64,000 nucleotides of DNA, taken from IMG/VR virus record IMGVR_UViG_3300021255_002777, positions 18,750 to 82,749 of that record; one strand, written 5' to 3'. How positions within the stretch are numbered: position 1 is the first letter of the stretch; each line of letters opens with the position of its first letter. Of this stretch, positions 57,255-64,000 are shown piece by piece. The notes beneath the pieces were generated by a model. The model worked only from the letters and a program-made list of their open reading frames with translations, made no database searches and was not told where the DNA came from. The DNA is from a virus (Duplodnaviria; Caudoviricetes). The position numbers were made by a program, and so were the translations under genes.

Positions 57255-57290
57255 CAAAAACAAAGGACAGAAGTCACGTAAACTTCTGCC
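57255..57290 (-). terminator. Intrinsic terminator downstream of the tRNA-Ser fragment
   Basis: Minus strand: GCAGAAG-tttacgtga-CTTCTGT then cctttgtttttg. Confidence 0.6.
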
Positions 57291-57295
57291 CATCA

Positions 57296-57358
57296 GCGGA
57301 GTGACCGAGATTCGAACTCGGGATACGCTTTTGACGTATACACGCTTTCCAGGCGTGC
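57296..57358 (-). mobile_element. attP-like core: 3' portion of tRNA-Ser(GGA)
   Basis: Minus strand: anticodon arm CACGC-CTGGAAA-GCGTG, long variable arm, T-arm CCGAG-TTCGAAT-CTCGG, acceptor 3' strand TCACTCC-G. No 5' acceptor strand (GGAGTGA) or D-arm upstream. Confidence 0.88.
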
Positions 57359-57429
57359 ATATTGATTTTATAATGCACTGAATTACAACACCGTGAATAC
57401 ACAGCAGATAACATTTCACTATTTTTTCA

Positions 57430-57830
57430 GCATAGTCTCTGCTCACAGTACCTTTACGTTTATTTAACATAGTCCCCCCCCCCACCTTTGCATAGCGTTG
57501 CATTGCCCCCCACCCAGTTGTTGTGCAGAAAGACTGCACAGGTCAGACTCATTTTACGAAGCATAGTAAAATAAGCATGTAAATCTTTGCTTAGTTTGCA
57601 GCGCATTTCAGCATAGCTTTTTACACTATGCATAGTACAGAGTTTGCACAGTTCTTTGCTTTGTTTTGCAACGTGTATGTGCAGAGCATAGTGAGGTCAG
57701 TTTTGTGAAAATCAGCAATGTCTCTGCAAAGGGGAGATAGTCCCCCCATACCCCACCCTATTACAGCGTTAAGGTAACCATCCCCCCTTAACGTGACTTA
57801 CTTTAACCCAGGGGAGCAGATCAAACTACA
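57430..57830. other. Non-coding strand-switch region with GCATAG repeats and C-tracts
   Basis: GCATAG at 57430, 57490, 57561, 57611, 57630, 57686 (also 57235); C10 at 57474-57483; further C-runs at ~57496-57505, 57742-57758, 57782-57787. Confidence 0.7.
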
Positions 57831-58130
57831 ATGAAAACTACTGATTTCTTTGCACAGTACACCGAGTTAGTCAGCCGCATCACGTACTCATCAATGGACA
57901 AGGACACTGGCATCATGAGGACTGAGACCTACGTGGTATTCGTCAACGGACAGACCAAGGCCAGGATGCGTGAGCAGGAGTACACAATGGCCAAGCAGAA
58001 CCCTGCAGCGTACCAGATCATCCTGAGCCCTGCATCGCAGAGCAAGCCTTGGCTGAAGCAGGCTGAACTCGGCTTCGCACCGCAGCCTGAGAAGAAGACC
58101 AAGGCTGAGAAGGCTGAGAAGACTGCGTAA
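57831..58130 (+). CDS. First early gene, hypothetical
   Basis: 99 aa; A-rich leader; followed by a strong terminator. Confidence 0.75.
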   Translation: MKTTDFFAQYTELVSRITYSSMDKDTGIMRTETYVVFVNGQTKARMREQEYTMAKQNPAAYQIILSPASQSKPWLKQAELGFAPQPEKKTKAEKAEKTA

Positions 58131-58151
58131 CTAACTGATTAACAACTTCAT

Positions 58152-58171
58152 GGGGCTTCGGCCCCTTTTTT
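58152..58171 (+). terminator. Intrinsic terminator
   Basis: GGGGC-TTCG-GCCCC-TTTTTT. Confidence 0.9.
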
Positions 58172-58325
58172 GCTCAATCCCATCAGCCAGACTTAGTTCT
58201 TTACTTTGAATTATCCTGGCTGAACTAACACAACAGTACTGGCGGCTTACTGTGCATAAAAGCGGCTATTTTTGCATCGAAAACAACAACAAAACAATAA
58301 TAAATCAACTAAGGAGGACAAAACT

Positions 58326-58511
58326 ATGAGTATTTTAGAAGAACTTAACAGCTTTATCAGCGATATGAACGAACAAGGTATCAACGTAAAGATTGACCTC
58401 AATCCAGAGGAAGAAATGCAACGTAGCATTGACACTGCACGTGCCTATGGGGTACCCGAAGAGGACATCATACATGATGAAAATGACCTTAACGCGCTGC
58501 TCGGCTGGTAA
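58326..58511 (+). CDS. Small acidic hypothetical protein
   Basis: MSILEELNSF...AYGVPEEDII; start reassigned to ATG 58326. Confidence 0.7.
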   Translation: MSILEELNSFISDMNEQGINVKIDLNPEEEMQRSIDTARAYGVPEEDIIHDENDLNALLGW

Positions 58512-58547
58512 TTGCTAGACGCAGTATGCGAAGCCTCAAGTCTAAGT

Positions 58548-58582
58548 AATGAGCACCTGACTATGATTGGGTGCTCATTTTT
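58548..58582 (+). terminator. Intrinsic terminator
   Basis: AATGAGCACC...GGTGCTCATT followed by TTT. Confidence 0.65.
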
Positions 58583-58883
58583 ATTCTATTCCATCAGCAA
58601 GGCGACTGTGTCTAAGTGCGCAACACAGCGACTGCCTCAACCAGCGCACATTAACCGAGCAAATGAGCTACTACATCCTCGCTGACGGCTCTTTGTCCTA
58701 CTGCACTGCAGAAGATGCGCAGCATTTTCGTGCAGAATACATGGACAAATAAGCCATTGCAACCACGAGTAAGACTCCGAGTGTGACGAGCTTGGGAACA
58801 GAAATCATCTACAACATCCCATCAGCTAAGCACTTTTTTGTATAGTTATACTGCATTTGTGTACGTTTTTGCATATCTTTGCA

Positions 58884-58892
58884 GTGACTATA
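58884..58892 (+). promoter_or_regulatory. Bacteroidetes -7 element TATCTTTGC upstream of the tRNA pair
   Basis: TAnnTTTG match with a TTTG upstream at 58856-58859. Confidence 0.65.
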
Positions 58893-58951
58893 CATATTGT
58901 TTTTATATTCATTGTTTATTCCAGCTCATGTTGTGAAACACGGCTGGTTTC

Positions 58952-59025
58952 GGTCCTATAGCTCAGTTGGTTAGAGCACCTGACTCATAATCAGGGGGTC
59001 CTTGGTTCAAGTCCAAGTGGGACCA
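58952..59025 (+). tRNA. tRNA with CAT anticodon, probably tRNA-Ile2 (lysidine type) rather than Met
   Basis: Full cloverleaf, loop CTCATAA; acceptor C4-G69 and C5-G68 (TilS determinants in E. coli); CCA not encoded. Confidence 0.85.
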
Positions 59026-59121
59026 CAACTTTGAGGTTACTTTTTTACCATTGAGCTGCATCTCCGCTGTGAAGCGCATGGTGCAGTATTTTATCTGATT
59101 TCATCAGTTAAACACACACAA

Positions 59122-59196
59122 GGTTCTGTAGTTCAACGGATAGAATGGTTGTCTCCTAAACAGCAGATACGGGTTCGATTCCCGTCAGAATCACCA
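59122..59196 (+). tRNA. tRNA-Arg(CCT)
   Basis: GGTTCTG/CAGAATC acceptor stem, GTTGT-CTCCTAA-ACAGC anticodon arm, GTTCGATT T-loop, encoded CCA. Confidence 0.9.
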
Positions 59197-59228
59197 TTAT
59201 TTATTAACCATTTAATTTAAATAACAGA

Positions 59229-59585
59229 ATGAAAAACTTTATTCTTTTATCGGCCACTGAGTCCAAGACTCCTGTGGCTAGGTTTGCTGCGCTTAATGAC
59301 GATTGGAAAGCTATGTCCATTGTTGAGCGCACAGAGATGTTGAGCCGCATATTGAAAGCGGTTATGACCTTCGAGCCCTCAGATGCAAGCAAGCTGCAGG
59401 CATTTGTTGCACAGGGATACTCAAGCACCATGCTTGGCACGCTTGAAATCACTAAGACTCAACACGACGGCTGTGTCGTGTTCGTGGTGAGCAAAGTCCT
59501 CGTAAGCCCACAGCGTATTAGTGATGTAACCGCCGAGAGCTTTGACCACTTTATCGAAGACTGTAACGACGAAGTAACAAAGTAA
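59229..59585 (+). CDS. Hypothetical protein
   Basis: 118 aa ORF with AT-rich leader. Confidence 0.7.
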   Translation: MKNFILLSATESKTPVARFAALNDDWKAMSIVERTEMLSRILKAVMTFEPSDASKLQAFVAQGYSSTMLGTLEITKTQHDGCVVFVVSKVLVSPQRISDVTAESFDHFIEDCNDEVTK

Positions 59586-59594
59586 CAACTAGCA

Positions 59595-60029
59595 ATGCCA
59601 GGTGGTGACAGCGCCTGGCTTGCACAAATCCCATCAGTTATGAACAATCTGCAATCACCAGTATTTAACAAAGAAAAAGAGGCTACTCGTAGATGCCTTC
59701 TTAACACTATTTGCGCTGAACTGGATACTATTCACGGAGATGAACGCAATGCGTTCAACCTTGTTCACAAAGGAACAAGCAGAGAAGCTTATGTATTCTT
59801 TAAAGAACAGAATCCAGAGGCAATACAGGAAGAACTTTTAAAATCCACAAATACACATAAACATGAGGCTAAGTATTGCATTGAGTACTATCATTTGCAG
59901 CATCTCCTGGAAACATACTCAGCACAACTTGTTCAATCCTGTTACGGCTCTAACGAGAAAGACGCAATGCAGTGCATGCGAGATTTCAGCAAATTTGGCT
60001 TAAACTGGAGAATTTTGTTATTCTCTTAA
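59595..60029 (+). CDS. Hypothetical protein
   Basis: 144 aa ORF; start may be ATG 59640. Confidence 0.65.
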   Translation: MPGGDSAWLAQIPSVMNNLQSPVFNKEKEATRRCLLNTICAELDTIHGDERNAFNLVHKGTSREAYVFFKEQNPEAIQEELLKSTNTHKHEAKYCIEYYHLQHLLETYSAQLVQSCYGSNEKDAMQCMRDFSKFGLNWRILLFS

Positions 60030-60149
60030 ATCCAAGTGCAGTGGCTGTCCCGTTGCAAAGTACTGCGGTACAGCAGTTCAGTCACTGCGCTTGTGTAATT
60101 TATACAATGACAATACCGCAGACTAAATCAATCAAAACAAATAAGAACA

Positions 60150-60338
60150 ATGAGTATTTTAGAAATGACCCAACTCGCTTGCCAAAAGGCGAGCATCAAA
60201 TTCAACAACATGGCTGCAACCGCCACTAAGTGGGACGAGTCCCAAACTCGCAAAAGCCTTGAGCGCACTCAGAAGCGCTTGGCAAGGTTGCGCAACAAGT
60301 TGGTGAAGCCACTTCCCCAACGCATTGAGACAGCTTAA
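60150..60338 (+). CDS. Small basic coiled-coil protein
   Basis: 62 aa; A-rich leader. Confidence 0.6.
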   Translation: MSILEMTQLACQKASIKFNNMAATATKWDESQTRKSLERTQKRLARLRNKLVKPLPQRIETA

Positions 60339-60504
60339 CAATTTACTAATCTTATCTAAAGGCTTCGGTGGTCACAAAGTAACTGTAAAGTTCTTTGACG
60401 GCACTTCAAAAGAGTGTAATAATCTCTGGTGTCAGGGTGACATCACCGATGCTCATCCGCATTGGCGTGAACTGATGCCAGACAATGCAACAATCATTTG
60501 GTAA
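60325..60504 (+). CDS. Short ORF or gene remnant (GFGGHKVTVKFFDG...NLWCQGDI...PDNA); not in the ORF track
   Basis: Open frame 60307-60504 with a TTG at 60325; the motif resembles the C-terminal half of a common phage hypothetical family (recalled). Confidence 0.45.
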   Translation: MRQLNNLLILSKGFGGHKVTVKFFDGTSKECNNLWCQGDITDAHPHWRELMPDNATIIW

Positions 60505-60575
60505 TTCAAAAAACAGAAAACAATGAAGTACATAACAGTAATCCCTATTAGCGAAGAAAAGGCGACCATTGTAGT

Positions 60576-60710
60576 ATGAAACCGTCTAACCGCCAGCTGT
60601 TCGGCTGGATTATCACAATCGCAAGCGTGGTGTTCATCGTGAGCACCATGCCAGTGATTGTAGCTATTGCCGGACTAATCCTCGGATGGTGGCTCATTAA
60701 GAAGGGCTAA
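60576..60710 (+). CDS. 44-aa two-TM membrane peptide (not in the ORF track)
   Basis: MKPSNRQLFGWIITIASVVFIVSTMPVIVAIAGLILGWWLIKKG; ATGA-coupled to an 18-aa ORF at 60523-60579. Confidence 0.65.
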   Translation: MKPSNRQLFGWIITIASVVFIVSTMPVIVAIAGLILGWWLIKKG

Positions 60711-60734
60711 TCATCATAGCACTAAATCAATCAG

Positions 60735-60773
60735 AGCAGGTGACCCAATGACGTGGAGGGTCACCTGCTTTTT
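60735..60773 (+). terminator. Intrinsic terminator
   Basis: Perfect 12-bp stem AGCAGGTGACCC/GGGTCACCTGCT followed by TTTT. Confidence 0.85.
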
Positions 60774-60809
60774 CTATATAATCCCGTCAGTTAATTCAAA
60801 GAAACAGAA

Positions 60810-61052
60810 ATGGCACAAGAACAAGATGCTATTATCCGCCGACCTGTATCCTATGAAGAGCTGCTGCTGGAGAAGTTTCTCCGTGACAGACAGTATGCCC
60901 TTTACTGGAAGACACGTGACGGCCAGAAAATCACGCTCTCGAAGCTAAGTGATTTCCACCTTGAGAGAATTATCAACTTTATCAACCGCAACCGGGAAGC
61001 CGCAGAACATCTTGAAGACTGTGACATCCTGGACAAAGATTACAACGAGTAA
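60810..61052 (+). CDS. Hypothetical protein
   Basis: 80 aa; WKTRDGQKI.LSKLSDFHLERII motif. Confidence 0.7.
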   Translation: MAQEQDAIIRRPVSYEELLLEKFLRDRQYALYWKTRDGQKITLSKLSDFHLERIINFINRNREAAEHLEDCDILDKDYNE

Positions 61053-61054
61053 CT

Positions 61055-61417
61055 ATGAAGAAGGTATTAATAGCATTATTTTTACCATCGATGATAGGTC
61101 TTGCCGTTTTCCTGTGGCCTAGACCAGTCAAGACTGAACCGATAGAAGAGGTGTACCACGAAAAGGTCATTAACGGCCTATTTGACCTAGTTGTAGAGTC
61201 AGAGCCCCTCAGTCAGGAGCTACTGAATGCCAATCCGAAGTTGTATAACTTTGTAATGGAGCACAAGGATTGTCTTACCTGCAAAGCTATAGCTCTGCTT
61301 GCTTTGCGTCAGAATGACGACAGCTGGGCAGATACCTTGGGCGAATACATCGATGACAACGAGCTTGACTCCTGCATCGTTAAGGTGTTGTTTGACGCAG
61401 AATGTGAGAAGTTATGA
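61055..61417 (+). CDS. Membrane-anchored hypothetical protein
   Basis: MKK plus a hydrophobic N-terminal helix. Confidence 0.7.
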   Translation: MKKVLIALFLPSMIGLAVFLWPRPVKTEPIEEVYHEKVINGLFDLVVESEPLSQELLNANPKLYNFVMEHKDCLTCKAIALLALRQNDDSWADTLGEYIDDNELDSCIVKVLFDAECEKL

Positions 61418-61611
61418 CAAATGGCTGCATATCAGGTGCTGCGCATAACTTCATCAAGTATGCGTACTTGCTCCCAAAGGACGTATTGCCTGAGTACGTA
61501 TTTGACACACGTAATCATGATGTAGTAGATGAAATCACCGAAACCCAAGGGATTGAAAGCCCAGAAGAACTTATCTACCACCTCTACGAAGGCACGTGGC
61601 TCGAAGAGTAA
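61414..61611 (+). CDS. Small hypothetical protein
   Basis: 65 aa; ATGA overlap with the upstream gene. Confidence 0.6.
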   Translation: MTNGCISGAAHNFIKYAYLLPKDVLPEYVFDTRNHDVVDEITETQGIESPEELIYHLYEGTWLEE

Positions 61612-62089
61612 ACCGCATGTGTTCATCTATACAGTCGGTGAACAGAACAAAGCCCCTTACGTATCTTATCTGTTACAGAAAATATGGGACAGAAGGTACG
61701 TCTGCTTCTGCCCGGATATGAAGACTGCCCGTGAGTTGTATACAAACAACCCATTGGGCAGTTGTTGTGTCGCGTCATGTACAAAGAACAACAAGAGACT
61801 GAAGTCATTCAACGACTACAATCATGATCATTTGCTGCTCACAAAAGCTGTCAATGCTGATGCTGAGTATAAGGATGTTGAGTGTCTTGTGTTCGTCAAT
61901 CCTGATGCGGCACCATATACCGTACAGACATTCACCAAAAAATTGTGTTCCGCTGACAAGAAGATCTACTTCTTTGTACACGGAGATACAGAACGTGAAA
62001 ATGCCGAATTTCTTAGCAGCCTAACAGGTTGCACAGCTTTAACAAGGTTTTATTTCAGACCGGAAATTTTAAACAACAAACAGTTATGA
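61529..62089 (+). CDS. Stand-alone degenerate SF2 helicase C-terminal (RecA2)-like domain
   Basis: YVCFCPDMKTAREL and LLLTKAVNADAEYKDVECLVFV align to helicase motifs IV and V; motif VI (QxxGRxxR) absent; start may be GTG 61619. Confidence 0.5.
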   Translation: MKSPKPKGLKAQKNLSTTSTKARGSKSKPHVFIYTVGEQNKAPYVSYLLQKIWDRRYVCFCPDMKTARELYTNNPLGSCCVASCTKNNKRLKSFNDYNHDHLLLTKAVNADAEYKDVECLVFVNPDAAPYTVQTFTKKLCSADKKIYFFVHGDTERENAEFLSSLTGCTALTRFYFRPEILNNKQL

Positions 62090-62295
62090 ACGGATATATT
62101 GTCCACACGAAAGAAGGTTTCTTCCTTGGAGCCTTCATCACGTTTAATGAGGCCCATAAGTTTGCCTATAACCACCAGCAAGACACGGGTACCCGTGTGT
62201 TCGTATCAAAGGAGCGCAAATTCCGAGAGCGCTACATCAAGCAAGCAGGGCTCGAAGAACGGATCCTTAACCGCACATTAAGCTTTTTGTCATGA
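62086..62295 (+). CDS. Small hypothetical protein
   Basis: MNGYIVHTKEG...; ATGA overlaps with both neighbours. Confidence 0.65.
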   Translation: MNGYIVHTKEGFFLGAFITFNEAHKFAYNHQQDTGTRVFVSKERKFRERYIKQAGLEERILNRTLSFLS

Positions 62296-62534
62296 GCACC
62301 GAGTATCCCGTTAGGATTGTGCGTGACACCCGAGTAAAAGCGTTCACGTACAGGACTGCCAAACAGTACCTGAAAGAGAAAAACATTCTTTCTGTATATT
62401 GCCCGTTTACTGAAACAGTGTGGGAGATTATACAGCAAGACCCAGAGCAAGAGCTTGTACAGGCTTACGAAGACATCGCAATGGCAGAAGCCTACGGCGC
62501 TGAAGACAGGTTTCTTGCATTTTGTTCGTATTAA
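62292..62534 (+). CDS. Small hypothetical protein
   Basis: 80 aa; ATGA overlap. Confidence 0.65.
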   Translation: MSTEYPVRIVRDTRVKAFTYRTAKQYLKEKNILSVYCPFTETVWEIIQQDPEQELVQAYEDIAMAEAYGAEDRFLAFCSY

Positions 62535-62571
62535 ATTACGCAAAAACTGTGTAAATCTGCAAAACTATTGG

Positions 62572-62580
62572 TAAATTTGC
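62572..62580 (+). promoter_or_regulatory. Bacteroidetes -7 element TAAATTTGC for the helicase unit
   Basis: TAnnTTTG match 22 nt before the helicase ATG, inside a 3 x 20-bp imperfect repeat. Confidence 0.65.
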
Positions 62581-62601
62581 AAAAATAATCCAAAAACAGA
62601 T

Positions 62602-63819
62602 ATGGAGAAATCCCTCCTAAGCAGAACAATGGACGGGATGCAGAAAAATAGAGAGCGCCTGGATAAGGGCGAGATCAACTGCATCCCGTATCCTTTCGCC
62701 AGAAGCCAGAAAATGTTTCCCGGCATGGAGCGTGCTGAGTATATAGATATCCTGGCAGCCACAAAGGTAGGAAAATCACAGTTCCTGTGTAACCTGCTCT
62801 TTGAGGCCCTCATGGAGCTCTATTGGGGCAAATCAATATTTGACATCAATATCATCTATTTTGCCCTAGAGGAAACCCCAGAGCGCATCATGCAGCGCTT
62901 CATGAGCTGGTTGTTATACCGCGAGAGCAATGGAAAGATACGTGTATCTCCATTGGAGCTCAGAAGCACCATGAAGAAATGTCCGCAAGAAGCAATGGAC
63001 TTCCTCGAACAAGCCTACATTCAGGACATCCTTGAGTTCTTCGAGGCGCATATCACATTCCCGCCACGCAGTGAGAGCAACCCGACAGGCATTTACAACT
63101 ACTGCCGTGATTGGGCTGAAGCCCGTGGAAAGAGAGTGGAAAAGGAATACGAAGAGATGCCTGGCATCATCAAGAAGTCCTTTGACCACTATGAGCCCGA
63201 CGATCCAAACGCGTTCAACATTATTGTCATTGACACCATCAACCTTGTTGAGGGTGAACGTGACATGCGTGAACATGAGAAACTGCGCAAAATTTCAGAG
63301 TATTGCTGCAAGTATCTGCGCAACGACTATTTCTTTACTATCCTTGCCATTCAGCAGCTGAACTTTGAGAGCTACTCACTTGAAGCCTCAAAGCAGAAAA
63401 GGTTTGAACCAAATCTTGGTTCTGCAGGAAACAGTAAGGAAGTGCTGCGTGATTTTGATACAGCTATTGCTCTGTACAAACCGTATGAGTACGAGCCGGA
63501 TACCCAGTATTGCGGTTATGATATCCGCAAGCTCAACAAACGTGGCATCTTTGCGAAGTACATGTTCAATCGCAATGGCGAAAGCGGTGGCGTAACTCCG
63601 TTGTTTTTTGATGGAGCAGTATCCCATTTCTGGGAATTGCCAAGACCGAAAGACACTGGTGCCATCACCGCCGTCTATAACTATTGTGACCAGATGCTCC
63701 TTCCGCACACAAGCGAGGAGCTGGCCAACCTGAACCCATTCCTCAAAAAGGAGGAACCCAAGAAAGAGAAAAAGGAGACTATCACATTCCTTAACCTATT
63801 ATTCAACCACAAGAAATGA
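62602..63819 (+). CDS. DnaB-like replicative helicase (Crassvirales type)
   Basis: INCIPYPF, Walker A AATKVGKSQF, IIYFALEE, Walker B IIVIDTINL, IQQLN, KYMFNRNG. Confidence 0.85.
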   Translation: MEKSLLSRTMDGMQKNRERLDKGEINCIPYPFARSQKMFPGMERAEYIDILAATKVGKSQFLCNLLFEALMELYWGKSIFDINIIYFALEETPERIMQRFMSWLLYRESNGKIRVSPLELRSTMKKCPQEAMDFLEQAYIQDILEFFEAHITFPPRSESNPTGIYNYCRDWAEARGKRVEKEYEEMPGIIKKSFDHYEPDDPNAFNIIVIDTINLVEGERDMREHEKLRKISEYCCKYLRNDYFFTILAIQQLNFESYSLEASKQKRFEPNLGSAGNSKEVLRDFDTAIALYKPYEYEPDTQYCGYDIRKLNKRGIFAKYMFNRNGESGGVTPLFFDGAVSHFWELPRPKDTGAITAVYNYCDQMLLPHTSEELANLNPFLKKEEPKKEKKETITFLNLLFNHKK

Positions 63820-64000
63820 GAAAGAAGAAACAACCGACAACCAACGGCATTTCCCTTCTGCCGTTCCTTGAAGAGTTCCACGCCAAAGCGGGAACAACAG
63901 ATCTGTACGCAATGATTGATGACGCCTTGATCTCACTCCAGCAGGCGGGATACATCAAGCAACCGCGTAAACAGCTGAGTTACGGCAAGTTTGTCATTAA
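63816..64000 (+). CDS. Hypothetical protein, 3'-truncated by the window edge
   Basis: ATG 63816 overlaps the helicase stop; frame stays open to the end of the window. Confidence 0.55.
   Translation, partial: MRKKKQPTTNGISLLPFLEEFHAKAGTTDLYAMIDDALISLQQAGYIKQPRKQLSYGKFVI

Larger units (their letters stand above)
57193..57429. repeat. Arm-type integrase binding repeats flanking the att core
   Basis: TTCACTATTTTTTCA identical at 57193-57207 and 57415-57429; extra TTCACTAT at 57204-57211 and inverted at 57217-57224. Confidence 0.75.

Noticed and set aside
57296-57358. Functional phage tRNA-Ser gene
   Set aside because: The 5' acceptor strand and D-arm are missing, so it cannot fold into a full tRNA; treated as an att core.
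57231-57539. 102-aa minus-strand ORF across attP
   Set aside because: It overlaps the tRNA fragment and low-complexity G/C tracts and has no protein-like features; spurious.
5-63819. Stop-codon reassignment as in some Crassvirales
   Set aside because: All long genes are intact under the standard code, both TAA and TGA are used as stops, and no suppressor tRNA is present.
1-64000. CRISPR array or rRNA
   Set aside because: No regularly spaced repeat-spacer structure or rRNA-like sequence was seen.

Overview
The window is about 64 kb of a crAss-like phage genome (Crassvirales, probably Steigviridae, judged by recalled similarity of the capsid, portal, ring and tail-hub proteins to those of phage crAss001). 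The host is probably Bacteroidales. Layout: (1) the 3' end of a giant virion protein gene on the + strand (5-4267) converges on (2) a 53 kb minus-strand virion/lysis/packaging region (cargo proteins, muzzle, fibres, rings, tail hub, capsid, scaffold, spanin/holin, portal, terminase). Next comes (3) a tyrosine integrase and a ~680 bp non-coding strand-switch region, then (4) plus-strand small early genes, two tRNAs and a DnaB-like helicase. The main finding is a candidate lysogeny module. A Bacteroidetes-type integrase lies next to the 3' ~63 nt of a tRNA-Ser(GGA) gene (attP-like core). That core is flanked by identical 15-bp arm-type repeats and followed by a terminator placed to shield the integrase and late genes from host tRNA read-through after integration. 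Other notable features are a dockerin-like insertion in the tail-hub protein, two paralogous receptor-binding cassettes, GG-motif-delimited cargo modules, and a palindrome shared by two non-coding regions. All homology calls are by eye and from memory; no searches were run.
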